Positions 48,971-60,569 of a stretch of DNA of 64,000 nt are shown in pieces (position 1 is the stretch's first letter; each line of letters opens with the position of its first letter). The notes beneath the pieces were generated by a model. That model searched no databases, was not told where the DNA came from, and saw only the letters and a list, made by a program, of their open reading frames with translations. The position numbers and the translations under genes are program-made. The stretch is from Carpediemonas membranifera BICM (taxonomy: Eukaryota; Protista; Fornicata): positions 1-64,000 of the forward strand of contig JAHDYR010000047.1 of assembly GCA_019828565.1 (NCBI GenBank), read 5' to 3'.

Positions 48971-51900
48971 ATGGTTGCGGATGCTACCTTGCATTCGCTC
49001 GATTCTATAGCCATCATGCTTGGCGGTGCCTTTGGATTCGTGCCGAACCTTCTCTTCCTTCTCCTACTGTTCGTGAAGACGAAAGAACAGCAGCTCAGCT
49101 TCCCAATGACCATTGTTCGATCAACATTCATGCTGAACACGTTCATATGTACCCTTTACTTTCTCACCTTTGTTAATTTCCTCCCCTTTCTCTCCTCTCT
49201 TGCCCCGTTCTTAGCGTATTGCTACGAAGTCGTCCTCCTCGCTCGCTTCCAGCTCCAAATCGTGCTCCTCGTCACCATATGGATCATGGCCATCCAGATC
49301 AGGTCCGATTACTCACGCCTCATGATACACAGGCATGTCCTTCGATCATCCTTGCTCATTGGTGCTCTCATCACGTGTGCGGTATCCCTCGTGCCCTTCA
49401 TCCACAAGGCGTACGGCGGCGGAAGCTACCCGTTTAACTGGCTTAGCGGCACTCTGTCTGTCCAGGTCGCCTTCGGCATCGCCCCCACCGTCGCGTTCTT
49501 CGTTGTGGCATCTCTTCTCGTATTCTCGGTCGACAGGTCTGTATCGGCAACACAGGAGGACGCCAGACGACGCTACGGTATGCAGGTATCAGCGAAAGAC
49601 CGGCACCTTCTAGAGCTTGTATCCCTCCACAAGCACGTCCGCCGCCACTTCTTCAGCAGCATCGTCAGCATGTCGCCCCTGGTCTTCATTCACGTATGCG
49701 TTCTCCTCCGCAACACCCACACCAGTCTACGAGGGGTACTTTGGGCACTCCAGTTTACTGGTACACTGCTATTGAGCTGTAACAGCTTCATGTCTGTCTT
49801 ATCATACATCACTGCCCCCGAAGTCATCTCTAGGATAGAGGTTGTGGCCCGTTGGTTCGGCAAGGACGGCACCAGGGCCGAGATTTACGTCCACGGGGCG
49901 ACCACCGTTTATGAGAAGTTTACCCGCACCCCGAGGATAGTAACTCTCCTACTAGCAGCATTCATGCTCCCGATATGGTCGACAGCAGCGTGTGTCATGG
50001 TGATCTTCGCTCTCTTCCCCGTGCTTGTGCTCCAAGATACGTCGAAGACCCTCGGGAGGAACTTTACACTGGTCTTAGTTTGGGCCCACTCATTGTATCT
50101 CGTGTGGACGGTCATATACGTTTTCCTCACCGACTATGGGATGCGTGCTGCGATACCGTATGGCATAGCCATCTCCCTCGTCGTTGTCGTAGCCATATTC
50201 GTAGCAACGGTGGCCACTGCTGTTGCAACGAAAGACCCTGTCCGTGTCACCATCCGCTCGCCCTCCTTTACAGCTAGGCTCACCTTCTGGAACCTGTTCA
50301 CGGTTGTCCAGCTCGTGCTCGAGGTGCTCCAACTAACAGCTTTCCCCGTACTTGCTTCCGATGTCTGGGCGGAGTGGCTCCACGTGTTCTTTCGTATAGT
50401 CATGCTGCAGTTCCAATACCAGATATCCTTCATCATTGGCATGGCCATCGTCTCTCTTTGGCTCTTCCTTGTCTCCCTGCCCCGCACTATAGAGCTTCTT
50501 ACCAGCAGACGACGGTACAGCGGTTGGCTCAGACGAAACCCCATTATCCACGTCGTCCTGGAGATGCTGAGCAATCCACTCTATTATATTGTCATGCGCG
50601 TCATCTTCTCCTCCTGGAAGTGCAGCGGTGGTCACCTGGATTCTGATACATCCATCGCCTGTCTATCTGACACTCACACCAAGTATCTGTCACTATCTCT
50701 CTTTGCGTTTGCTGTGTATTTCCCGACAACGACGCTCTCGCCCACAGGTACTGACCCAGATCGATTTAACAAATCTCTCGATCTTAGAACGATGCCCTTG
50801 TTCTCAATGGCCAAAAACATCACAGTTGCTGTAATCTCCGCGGCAAACGCGGTCAGCAGCGAGCTCTGCATGTGGGCTTCGTGCGGTGGAAGTTTAGTCC
50901 TCTTAGCGCTCAATATTTGGCTACAACCGTCCAATATTTTCTCCACGAATCTATTCAGGTCCATCATTTACTTGTTAGGCGCCATATCATCAGTAATTAC
51001 CCTTCTCTCCCACTACACATCGATACTCCTGCCAGACGTGAAGACACCAATCTCTCTCGTCCTCCAGATTCTTCTCCCGGCCATTTACGTGACCCTGCCC
51101 GTTGTAGCCATCTTGGTCCACGCGTTTACTGAACCTAGGCGTCGTATTGCTCCGCCAAGCATGGATGCGGTCACTTTTGAGAAGGAGCGCGAGGCCCGAG
51201 AAGCCATGAATGAGCTCTCCAAGTTCGCCAACACGAAATCTGACACAACTCTGCGGACTAGGTCAAACAGCGACCTTGAGTCCGCTAGACCGGTCAATGT
51301 GGCGTTCCAGAGTGCACGAAGGACTTTACGAGACCCTGAGGTCATTGCTTCAGCCATAGTGAAGCCGATGGTGAGGAACCGTGTATACATTGAGAGGCTG
51401 TACAGGCATATTGTCGTTGAGACGCCCTTTCAGCTACAGGCGATGGCTGCGTTGACCCGTACCGCTGACGTGAGGAAAGATTCGAGCGGCCTGCTTGCCC
51501 ACAAGGTAGCCCTGACAAGCGTGGTTGAGCTCCTCCCCGCGATTGTCGAGAACCGCACGTGGGAGATGGCACTCGCCTCTTCAGAGCTTCTCGATAAGCT
51601 TGCTACCCATGATATTCTTCATCTCATTGTCGTCAAGCAGGGCGCTATACGAGCGATAGGCGCCTTCCTTTCCCACGGAGGGCCCATCCATATCAGGATC
51701 CACGCCACCACAGCGCTCGGACGGCTGATCTCCAAGGACATCGACGTGCTCCTACACGCCCACCGAGAGGAGCTCCCCAAGCTCGTCATCCAGAACATAG
51801 ACACCGAAGCCATCAAGAAGGGGGCAGACATACCTGGTATCATGGAGGTTCCAAGCAGCGCAGCTTTGCCCAAGGCTGACTCGCCCGCCTCACCGCAGGC

Positions 51901-53074
51901 ATCGACACCGCAAACCAGGTCCGCGGGGACGATCAAGGGCACCATGAGCGGTAAGGCCACGCCGAGGTCACTGGAGGTGCCCATGACAATTCCAGAGCTC
52001 GAGCCAAGTACGATCATGTCCCAATCAACTGATGACAGTGCAGTTTATGACACTGAATACGATGACGGGTATGACAGCTACGACGAGTTTGAGTCCTCCT
52101 CCTCCATTGATCCGACACGTGGTTCGATGCCCACGCTCAACATTCCCGTCGTCACTGTTCGTTCAGTTACCACCGAACGCCGCGACTCGCTCAACACGGC
52201 CCCCAAGCTCACTCCAAGGTTCAACACAGCGCGTCTGCCTACGCTGAACAACATCCCCAGCTCGGCCTCGCTCTCTGGCTCATCTGGCTCTGATTATGAT
52301 GAGACGCTCGACACGGCCGAGACTACGCTTGCCTTTGAACTGGCCGTGCGCTCAGTCCACTGCCTTGGCGAGTTGGCCAAGCACGGCGATGATCTCGACT
52401 GGAACAGTGCTGGGTCTGAAAGCCCGCTGTGGTCCCTCATCGACGACAACTGCATCGTTGACGTTGTATTGGAGTACGCAGCCGCTACATGCCGCGCTCT
52501 TCGCGAGGCATCCGTGTTTCTTCTTGCTCAGCTCCTCTCCTGCGTTTCCGGCCGCGAGATCGTGCTCCAAGAGGGCGATACCCTCGTTGCTTCCCTGTTG
52601 AGCGCAGCTTCTGTCATTGACAAGAAAGACTATGATTTCTTCCCCATCCAACGATCTTTCTGCATGTGTCTGTCTGGCGCTGCAACTGCTGATAACTCTC
52701 TCGGCGTGGCCCTTGCTACAGCACGTAGTGACCGCATTTCTTACCTCGTTGTCTTGTTCTGCGCCTCCCCCGCCGTCACCGTCCAGCTCGCAGCTGTCGC
52801 AGCGGTCACATCTCTGGCCAAGTGCTCAGATCGCGTTGTTTCGTCCCTCGTCTCTGTTGGCGCTCTCGACACACTTTCGATGCTTCTATCTGGGGAAAAC
52901 GGACGCGTGCGGGAGTTGGCGTCGGATGCCCTCATCGCCATTCATTCCCACGGCAGTGTCGCCGTGCGCCGCTCGATGGCTGCCCGAGGCGTGGTGGATC
53001 GGCTACGAGAGGAGCATATTCTCGACGGTAGCCTCTTTACCACAAGCTTCGAGGATGACTGTGATTTACGTTGA
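48971..53074 (+). CDS. Large polytopic membrane protein: 7TM-like N-terminus, second TM domain, C-terminal ARM-like repeats
   Basis: Many hydrophobic segments over the first ~740 aa; ARM-like QGAIRAIGAFL and VGALDTLSMLL. Confidence 0.75.
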   Translation: MVADATLHSLDSIAIMLGGAFGFVPNLLFLLLLFVKTKEQQLSFPMTIVRSTFMLNTFICTLYFLTFVNFLPFLSSLAPFLAYCYEVVLLARFQLQIVLLVTIWIMAIQIRSDYSRLMIHRHVLRSSLLIGALITCAVSLVPFIHKAYGGGSYPFNWLSGTLSVQVAFGIAPTVAFFVVASLLVFSVDRSVSATQEDARRRYGMQVSAKDRHLLELVSLHKHVRRHFFSSIVSMSPLVFIHVCVLLRNTHTSLRGVLWALQFTGTLLLSCNSFMSVLSYITAPEVISRIEVVARWFGKDGTRAEIYVHGATTVYEKFTRTPRIVTLLLAAFMLPIWSTAACVMVIFALFPVLVLQDTSKTLGRNFTLVLVWAHSLYLVWTVIYVFLTDYGMRAAIPYGIAISLVVVVAIFVATVATAVATKDPVRVTIRSPSFTARLTFWNLFTVVQLVLEVLQLTAFPVLASDVWAEWLHVFFRIVMLQFQYQISFIIGMAIVSLWLFLVSLPRTIELLTSRRRYSGWLRRNPIIHVVLEMLSNPLYYIVMRVIFSSWKCSGGHLDSDTSIACLSDTHTKYLSLSLFAFAVYFPTTTLSPTGTDPDRFNKSLDLRTMPLFSMAKNITVAVISAANAVSSELCMWASCGGSLVLLALNIWLQPSNIFSTNLFRSIIYLLGAISSVITLLSHYTSILLPDVKTPISLVLQILLPAIYVTLPVVAILVHAFTEPRRRIAPPSMDAVTFEKEREAREAMNELSKFANTKSDTTLRTRSNSDLESARPVNVAFQSARRTLRDPEVIASAIVKPMVRNRVYIERLYRHIVVETPFQLQAMAALTRTADVRKDSSGLLAHKVALTSVVELLPAIVENRTWEMALASSELLDKLATHDILHLIVVKQGAIRAIGAFLSHGGPIHIRIHATTALGRLISKDIDVLLHAHREELPKLVIQNIDTEAIKKGADIPGIMEVPSSAALPKADSPASPQASTPQTRSAGTIKGTMSGKATPRSLEVPMTIPELEPSTIMSQSTDDSAVYDTEYDDGYDSYDEFESSSSIDPTRGSMPTLNIPVVTVRSVTTERRDSLNTAPKLTPRFNTARLPTLNNIPSSASLSGSSGSDYDETLDTAETTLAFELAVRSVHCLGELAKHGDDLDWNSAGSESPLWSLIDDNCIVDVVLEYAAATCRALREASVFLLAQLLSCVSGREIVLQEGDTLVASLLSAASVIDKKDYDFFPIQRSFCMCLSGAATADNSLGVALATARSDRISYLVVLFCASPAVTVQLAAVAAVTSLAKCSDRVVSSLVSVGALDTLSMLLSGENGRVRELASDALIAIHSHGSVAVRRSMAARGVVDRLREEHILDGSLFTTSFEDDCDLR

Positions 53075-53149
53075 ATATATCGATACCATGTATATCTCTC
53101 GCGATAAACATCTTATTGGAGTGATTTCTTTATCCGCGAAGTCTGATGT

Positions 53150-53881
53150 CTACTTGGCCACGCCCTCTGCGACATAGAGTACCGTCAGCCCACCCAGCAC
53201 CGCCTTCAGACAGTGGGCGACCGCGTTTTCCTCCTCAAACTTGCAGGGACAACGCACCTTGTGTGTTTTCCCCGGCTCTGGTCTGAGTATCGCTTTTGTC
53301 GTTACGGAAAGCGTGGGCATCGATGGGCATAGGGGCGAAGGGTCAATATCAGTTGCTGTGCGTACCATGCCCTCCTCAATGGTAAGACAAGGCACTGTGG
53401 CAGTAGATAGGGCGGTGTGGATGGAGTGAAGAGCGGTGGCAAGGAGGCTGCCGTCGTTTGAAAGGACAGTGAGGTCGAGCTTCAAACGAACGAGGAGACA
53501 AGTGTCATCTACGGTCCTAGTGAGTTCAATTCCGCCTTCAGTAGCCATAGTACGCGCTGTGCCGCGGATACGGGTCAGCATGAGGGCGTTTTGGGCAGCA
53601 ATAGGGTGAAGCTGGGAGGAAGAAAGAATAAGCTCGCCCTCCTCGTCGATCTCAGAGATTCCAACTTCATAATGCACTACTGTGGAGACAACAGTTCCTC
53701 CAATACGTACTACAGCACTCCCAATGCCGCCTAACGAGTTAGTGGAGGAAATCTGCACTTCATGCTCTTCTGTGAGACTCTTGCGGCCATCTGGCCTGCA
53801 ATAATCACTGTATTTTCCATCCAGGAGCTGCTTAAGATACTCCTGGGGGTCCACAACCTTCAGCACCTCCGCCTCGAGCAT
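53150..53881 (-). CDS. RRP43: Exosome RNase PH subunit, Rrp43/EXOSC8-like
   Basis: KVVDPQEY..RPDGR, GSAVVRIGGTVV, LTVLSNDGSL. Confidence 0.75.
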   Translation of the reverse strand: MLEAEVLKVVDPQEYLKQLLDGKYSDYCRPDGRKSLTEEHEVQISSTNSLGGIGSAVVRIGGTVVSTVVHYEVGISEIDEEGELILSSSQLHPIAAQNALMLTRIRGTARTMATEGGIELTRTVDDTCLLVRLKLDLTVLSNDGSLLATALHSIHTALSTATVPCLTIEEGMVRTATDIDPSPLCPSMPTLSVTTKAILRPEPGKTHKVRCPCKFEEENAVAHCLKAVLGGLTVLYVAEGVAK

Positions 53882-54055
53882 TGAGTGCAGAATAAGAACT
53901 GTCTCGCATTGAGTGGCGTAAAGCGGCATACAAAGTCATACGATGATACAGATCAGATTTCCTTCATTTTCACGTCCAGCCGGCATGCGTAACCTCAAAG
54001 ATTTCGATGACGCAGTATAACCCAAATTTCTCGGCACAAGAAGCGGACGCGAGCA

Positions 54056-57000
54056 ATGGACGCAGAAAATGCAGCAATGCTGCACTACGTTGCTGGCTGT
54101 AAGCCATCAAGTTTATTTGCCCTGAACGATGCCGTTGGTGTCGTCACCAACAGCGCAATTACCATACACAAGCTCCTAACTAACCATGGAGGTCAGAACA
54201 ACAAGAGCAACGATAAGAACATCGTGTGTCACCGAGTATTGTCCTATGTCGTCAACGACACAGAGACGAGCTCGATCTTTGTTGGCCACGAGGACGCTGA
54301 CGGCTCCTGCCGCATTACCCAACACCACACAGGCATTCACATCCGCGAGGGTGTCCACATAGACACTGGAATGCGTCGTCCGATCCACCTATCCTTGACG
54401 TCGTCTCCTGACGGCCAGATCATCTACCTCCTCGCTCTCTTCGACGTCGACGGCCTCGTCTCCAGCTGCGAGACAGTAGTGCTCTACACCATCGCCCCCG
54501 ACGAGGAGACTGGCATGCCTACTGTCATGGAGGTCGCCCACCTCGACCTCCCCGAAGCTCCACTCAGCCTGGACGTGCTCAACCCGGACCCGAGTGCCCC
54601 GCTGTCCAAGTTCGCGGGCATCCACATCTGCCCAGTCGACCCTAACTGGGGAGTTATCGTCAGCTCCACCGAGCTTCTCGTTCTCCAGAAGCGGCGTCTG
54701 GCAGACATCGAGGACACGTTCGAAGTCCACTCAATCATTGCCACTGAGGGCGAGACTTTCACTGGTGTCGGAGCTTACGTAGCAAACGGGTACGGCTTCG
54801 TTGCTGCCACGTCCACCGGCCTGGCGTACGCCACAGCAGGCATGGGACCCCGTCGACGCTCCGGTGAGTCCCGCCAGACCAAGTCGAGCGCTACTAAGTC
54901 GCGCAAGAGCTCGAGAAAGGCCACAAAGCACGCAGTGGCTAAGCAGGAGACGGCAGTGGCGGAGTTCAAGCCGACGCTCACGGTAATCGAGACTACTGAG
55001 GGCACAGCGCCCGTAGACATTGTGTGCCCTGGTAACGTGCTCGTTGTCTACCCCAACCGAGTCGTCCAGTACGCCATCCACGCCGCTCACGACACAGCAG
55101 AGCTCACTGGGGCGTCTCGTTTCTCCAGCATCGACGTCACGGCGCTCGCTGACTCACCCGATTGTGTGCTCGAGGCTATCACTGCCCCGGCCACTCTGTC
55201 ACCCATCGATAGACGCCATATCGTATCTGTATATTGCCCCAAGACCAACATGGTCGCCTTTGCATCCGTTGATGCTGACAACGTCCAGGCCGAGGTAGCT
55301 GACCGCATCCAGGCCCGCATTCCAGTGGGAATCCCAGTAGATTCTGACATCATCAGATTCCCTGACGGGGCGACCGGCACGCGACACCCCGAGCTCCACG
55401 TCACTGTCTGGCAAACGGGTCTCCTCTCAGCCTTTGACACTGTCTCTGGCCACTATTCCCTCATCGAACCCCTCGTCGACTCGACCGACACACCCATCCG
55501 TCCCACGTGTATGGCTGTGTGTCCTGCCGTCAACGGTGTCGCTATAGGCGACGACACCGGCATTGTCCGTATCTACCACTTCCGGACAGCCGAGCCCGAT
55601 GAGCCAGGGACTAGGGTCAACCTGGCCTTTGCCCAGCGAATGTTCGACGGCCCGGTCGCTTCCTTGTCCTGCTCTGTAGACGGCTTCTTCCTCGCGGCTA
55701 CGACGAAATCTAGTCCGCATGTGGCGTTCATCAAGTTCATCGCGGACCCCAAGGAGCCCCCTAGCCTGCAGTACGCCCGCTTCGTCGGCCTGGCCCAGTT
55801 CAGTGTCGCTGATGAGCCCGCGTCCACCCCCTCCCTTCAATGGGCGATGGGCAAGCGGCGTGTGGGCGATCGTGCCTTCGAATGGCGCCGCTTCCTCTAC
55901 GTAGGTGTGACCAACACGACCATATGGCGACTACAGGTCCAAGACGACCTGCACGCGGGGTCTGACGGGTTTACTATCAGTGTCACCGAGATCACCAGGA
56001 CCGAACTCCGCACGGGGGCGCCGTTCACTGCCTTTGCAGTCGCCCCCAAGTGCACCACGTCTCCTGGAGACAACGGGGCCAAGGTGGTCGACCCCGATGA
56101 AGTTTACGTGTTACATGCCGACTCTCTTGCTGTATATAACTTCGCCACGGTTCATACTGGGACCAGTCTGTTTGAGACCCGCAATGCCCCAACCGAGGCC
56201 GTCCGTACCGAGCCCTTGCCTGCCCCACCGTCGACACTGTGCGTGCTTCCCCGCATCGAGGGCACTATCATCGCCATTGGTCTGTCCTCAGGCGCTGTCG
56301 CCCTTGTTGTCGGCAACCAGCACGCTGTCGAAATCTCCGGGTCCCACTGCGCCACTTGCGGCGCCGTGCAGGCTGTAGCTATCAACACCGCGAGGGAGAA
56401 CGAACATTCGTCCCTCAACTACCTCATAAGCACCGGCGCCGACGGTGTCATCCTCGTCCGTACCATGGACGAGCTCCTCCTGAGATTTGATTCAATCAAC
56501 AGCACCCACTGCGCCTCCTCCATGGCCGCCTCATTCCACGTGATGCACGACGACAACCAGCTTGGTCAGCTCGCGGTCGACGCCCAACCCGCTCCTGAAT
56601 TTATTCAGGAGTCGGCTGAGTTGATCTCGCCAGCAAAGGAGTTTGAGCTTGGACGGATGAGCGCTACTCGTGAGGCCCATGAGAGAATGGCTAATGAGCT
56701 GAGGCAGGAGGTTGGTGAGATCCGTGTGGCTGTTGAGGCCCTGATTGAAGAGAACACCGCTCGCGAGGAGATGGATCGGGTCGACCTGGACAAGTTTACT
56801 ATCGACGTTGAACTGGCCAAGAGCATCGAGCACGACAACGCCAAGGCCGTCGCAACAACCCACGACGAGTGCGAAGCCTGGGTGAATGTCCGCGCGGCTA
56901 TCACCTCTGCCATCCACGCTGACACGGTCGGCACCCACGTTCCTGTCGACCACGCCACCGAGGTTACTGGCCTAGCCGCCCCCGTAGCTGTCGAATCATT

Positions 57001-59365
57001 TACCCTTCCCAAGTGGGACAAGACCCGGGAGGCACAGGTAACTGCCATACGGCACCTCAGAGCCATAGAGCTCGCCACACAGCAGCAGGTGCGGCTTGAG
57101 TCGAGTGTAGTTGACACAGAGGAGAAGGAGGCCGCTGACGACGAGGACCAGGGTGCTGTGGAGCTCCCCGAGGTTGAGGAGTGTCTTTATGAACCCCTCG
57201 AGCTGTTCACCACCTCTCGCAGGGTCGCGCAGACCCGCATGCTCGAGGCGTGCATAAGGAAGCAGCAACTCGCCTTCAACAGTCGGTTTGTCGAAACTCT
57301 GCACGATAAGCGCGCGACTATTGACAAACTCAACTCCAAGGAGAGTCGAATCGCCCAGATCGTGGTCGAGATCCACGAGCTTCAGTCCAAGCTGCAAGTG
57401 CCCAAGACGCCCTTCAGACTCCCTTCGGCCACGTTCAACGAGACTGGCACCGTCAAGGTTGACAAGTTCGCCGTCGACCCGTCCGAAGTTACTGTCGAAC
57501 GCGTGTTCTCGGAGGCTGAGAAGGCCGAGCTCGCTGCTAAGGAGGCTGCCGAGCAGGCTCGCCTAGCTGCAATGGCGGCTGACAAGGCTGCGATCAGAGC
57601 GCTCGGAGATATGATGGGAGGCTCCCTCGAGGTTCAAGAAGCAGACGAACTCGACGCTCTCGAACGCCCTGATGCATTCGACGTGGCAGAGGCCGACAGG
57701 ACGGACGAGCAGGTTGCTGCGATCAAGGCGTATAACACGCAGGTTAAGAAGATCGCGGAGGAGCGTAGTAAGAGAGTCAAGGGTCTCGAGGGGGAGATGA
57801 AGCGGAGCAAGGAGCAGGTTGTGGAGCTCGCTGACGCGTTCGACGCCAAGCTTGCCGCGCTCGCTATCGATAAGGCAAACACCACCCGCGCCTGCGCCAT
57901 CCTTCAGCTTCAGGTAATCGAGCTCGCAGGCCTCTATCTCCAAGAGGTCGCCGTCACCCAGCTCGAAGCCCAGCTTGAGCTCGACATCGCCGACACCACC
58001 AAGGCTCTAGAGACCGCCCAGACGCTCCAGGACACCCTGTCTGGCCGAGTGGAAGAGGAAAAGGCCAGAGCAGCCGAGATCGCCCAGAACTCGAGAGGCC
58101 CTGCCAAGAGAAAGCCCCGAATCATCGGTGAGTACCAGGACATCGTCGCAGCCATGACGCCCGAGCTCTCTGCCGCGGTGATTAACGCGCTCTCGGACAT
58201 GGTCGGCCGCCGCCCCAGCCCTGAAGCACTCTACGCTCAGCTGGCCGGCCCCAGCGGCGACTCTGGACACACGCAGCCGCTCGACACGAGGCCCAGAGCC
58301 GTTGTTCATGAGACGGACTCGTGGGACAGCCCCAGGTTTGCAGACAAGTTCGCACCCACGCCTGCTGACATCAAGCTGCTCAATGAGCTGAAGCCGACCG
58401 AGCAGGGTGCCGCGGACGGCTTCGACAACGGTGCGGTCGAGGACGCCATCACGGCAATGTGGCGCAACGCACTTGGCCTGAGAGCAGAGATCGCACTCGC
58501 TGACGCCCGCAACCACCAGCAGAAGCTTGTCCACGCAGATGTAGTCGATGCTTCCTCTCGCGTGGCTGCCCGCGTCGGTGAAATCTCGACTCGGCGCGAG
58601 TCACTCGAGCAAAGAAAAGTCGACCTCGCAGCCCAACATCGGTCAGCCATCTTCGACAACCTCATTGTGGTCGAGCTCCAGCAGGGGCAAGTCGAGGTGC
58701 CCCGGAATCCCGTGGCAACTGACTACTCTTCGGCCGTGATGCTAAGTAAGAGCACGATCGACGGGTACAACTCAACGATCGCCAAGCTCGCTCAGGAGCA
58801 CTGCGACGCACTCATTCGTGTCAGGGACACTAGGAGCGCGTGTAACAACATTGTATGGGAGAAGCAGTACAGACAACTCGAAATTGACGACGTTCAGGCC
58901 CAGACGAGCGACCTGCAGCTCTTCAGAGTTCGGCGAGAGATGCGTGAGCTCCTCCACGCGAAGGATGCGGAGTCGATCCACCGCAAGCAGGTCGAGATTC
59001 TGACCAAGCAGCTCTCACACATGAAATCTGACCACGCCAAGTCGCTCAAATCTATGCAGGCTAACGTAGCGTCGTACCAGAGAAAGACCAGCCGCTTTGA
59101 CAAGACGACCCGGGAGATGGAGATGACGATTGATGCCCTCACCAAGAAGATGGAACAATGGAACCGGTTGTACGCCGTGCTGCACAGGGCGAAGACTGAC
59201 GCGGCTCCCAAGGGACCGACCGCTGCCGCTCGCAGGAAGAAGCAGGAGGACGCCATCAAGGCACAGAAGGCTGCGGCTAACGTGCTTACTGCTGAGGTAG
59301 AGCGGTTGAGACGGAAGACATTCCCGTCGTTCGCGGCCGTGGGACATAGAGCTGACACATACTGA
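54056..59365 (+). CDS. CFAP43: Cilia- and flagella-associated protein 43 (WD40 plus coiled coil)
   Basis: N-terminal beta-propeller; LYEPLEL; RALGDMMGG.LE; LQQGQVEV; LQLFRV; ERLRRKTFPSF. Confidence 0.85.
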   Translation: MDAENAAMLHYVAGCKPSSLFALNDAVGVVTNSAITIHKLLTNHGGQNNKSNDKNIVCHRVLSYVVNDTETSSIFVGHEDADGSCRITQHHTGIHIREGVHIDTGMRRPIHLSLTSSPDGQIIYLLALFDVDGLVSSCETVVLYTIAPDEETGMPTVMEVAHLDLPEAPLSLDVLNPDPSAPLSKFAGIHICPVDPNWGVIVSSTELLVLQKRRLADIEDTFEVHSIIATEGETFTGVGAYVANGYGFVAATSTGLAYATAGMGPRRRSGESRQTKSSATKSRKSSRKATKHAVAKQETAVAEFKPTLTVIETTEGTAPVDIVCPGNVLVVYPNRVVQYAIHAAHDTAELTGASRFSSIDVTALADSPDCVLEAITAPATLSPIDRRHIVSVYCPKTNMVAFASVDADNVQAEVADRIQARIPVGIPVDSDIIRFPDGATGTRHPELHVTVWQTGLLSAFDTVSGHYSLIEPLVDSTDTPIRPTCMAVCPAVNGVAIGDDTGIVRIYHFRTAEPDEPGTRVNLAFAQRMFDGPVASLSCSVDGFFLAATTKSSPHVAFIKFIADPKEPPSLQYARFVGLAQFSVADEPASTPSLQWAMGKRRVGDRAFEWRRFLYVGVTNTTIWRLQVQDDLHAGSDGFTISVTEITRTELRTGAPFTAFAVAPKCTTSPGDNGAKVVDPDEVYVLHADSLAVYNFATVHTGTSLFETRNAPTEAVRTEPLPAPPSTLCVLPRIEGTIIAIGLSSGAVALVVGNQHAVEISGSHCATCGAVQAVAINTARENEHSSLNYLISTGADGVILVRTMDELLLRFDSINSTHCASSMAASFHVMHDDNQLGQLAVDAQPAPEFIQESAELISPAKEFELGRMSATREAHERMANELRQEVGEIRVAVEALIEENTAREEMDRVDLDKFTIDVELAKSIEHDNAKAVATTHDECEAWVNVRAAITSAIHADTVGTHVPVDHATEVTGLAAPVAVESFTLPKWDKTREAQVTAIRHLRAIELATQQQVRLESSVVDTEEKEAADDEDQGAVELPEVEECLYEPLELFTTSRRVAQTRMLEACIRKQQLAFNSRFVETLHDKRATIDKLNSKESRIAQIVVEIHELQSKLQVPKTPFRLPSATFNETGTVKVDKFAVDPSEVTVERVFSEAEKAELAAKEAAEQARLAAMAADKAAIRALGDMMGGSLEVQEADELDALERPDAFDVAEADRTDEQVAAIKAYNTQVKKIAEERSKRVKGLEGEMKRSKEQVVELADAFDAKLAALAIDKANTTRACAILQLQVIELAGLYLQEVAVTQLEAQLELDIADTTKALETAQTLQDTLSGRVEEEKARAAEIAQNSRGPAKRKPRIIGEYQDIVAAMTPELSAAVINALSDMVGRRPSPEALYAQLAGPSGDSGHTQPLDTRPRAVVHETDSWDSPRFADKFAPTPADIKLLNELKPTEQGAADGFDNGAVEDAITAMWRNALGLRAEIALADARNHQQKLVHADVVDASSRVAARVGEISTRRESLEQRKVDLAAQHRSAIFDNLIVVELQQGQVEVPRNPVATDYSSAVMLSKSTIDGYNSTIAKLAQEHCDALIRVRDTRSACNNIVWEKQYRQLEIDDVQAQTSDLQLFRVRREMRELLHAKDAESIHRKQVEILTKQLSHMKSDHAKSLKSMQANVASYQRKTSRFDKTTREMEMTIDALTKKMEQWNRLYAVLHRAKTDAAPKGPTAAARRKKQEDAIKAQKAAANVLTAEVERLRRKTFPSFAAVGHRADTY

Positions 59366-60569
59366 TTGATTGATAAACTTTGTACAGGAATATTAAGAAA
59401 GGCGTGTTAATAATCGCGTGAGCCTCACTGAGTCCTCTTACTTGACGAAGGCAGCGCCATGGGACAGAACGAGTATTTTGACTCCGTCGTTGTCCCCACG
59501 GACTGATCCTGGATCAAGTAGGTAATTGTATAACTTGTATTACTCTGCCGTGGCCCTTGTTTATTATTATTATTTGCACATGAGCTCACGGCACCCTAGA
59601 GTGCCGAGGCGCGGGCGAGACCCCAGCGGGACCGGGTCGCCGTGCTAAGAGGTTGAATCTGGTGGGAGTTTCGGATACGAATCGAGGTGATTCGATCCGG
59701 GAGAATCGATGGCGCAATCGACTGAAAATGGAGTCAGACCAAGAGAAATGGCGGAAGAGACCGCCGGACAGATAAGATGTGCACTTTAGGTCACACTTCG
59801 AAACGCATCGGCAGGTGTCGGAGCCGTTCCGGACCTGACCGGATCGCGAGACGAGGATTTACCCAGGTCTGTCATAAGAGCTCGGGGAAGCCACCCGAAG
59901 TAAATACTCGCCCCCCCATTTTGGTTGGATTTAAGAGGGCTCTCTGTTATAGAGCCACACTTTGTGGAGAGCAGCACTCGACCAGGGCACCCGGGGTGCT
60001 GAGGGTCGGAGGGTCCCGCGGGGAGCGCGGGCCGGAGACTATTGATCGTTGGATTGATTCGACCAGATGTGCAGGATATGGCAGAATTCGAAAGATGCCC
60101 GAAGAAGACACGGGCACGCCCAAGGCAGAGGGTCCCGAACGACCTGCCTGGCGTACTGGCACCACATCAGGTGTCTGAGATTTATCACCTCGGGTGATGG
60201 GTTTTGGCGCAATGTGCAGGATAAGGACAATGCCAGAAGAGTTGTCGCTAGCAGCGACGGCGCCAGGACCGACGCTGGTCAAGGCCAGTGTACCTGCTCG
60301 TCAGGTAAGGCGAGCCAGTTCGACTTACCCAGAGAATGCCAGGTGGCGGTAAGTCCCGAATATTTACATAGCAAACCAGGGGTTTCTTGTAAATATTCTT
60401 CCTCCGTTGGAAAGACGTCGTATGTCATAAGGCTTGGTTATCAAGCTGGCGTTACATCGCGCTGACAGGTTACCTCGGGTAACGGGCCGTGAGCGGAGGG
60501 CAATGAGATCGCCTCGCTCCGGCATGGTGATGCGCCGACCAGGCGAGCCGCGCAGTTTATGCGGGCAGA

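Noticed and set aside
7405-59358. Numerous antisense or alternative-frame ORFs (e.g. 7405-8085, 23278-24237, 44557-45519, 47951-48805)
   Set aside because: Shadow ORFs of GC-rich genes with no independent motifs.
60423-60561. Two 11-nt matches to the E1 LTR (tgtcataaggc, cgcagtttatg) in the DIRS copy 2 leader
   Set aside because: Matches of this length are near chance expectation in 64 kb, and the intervening sequence is unrelated.
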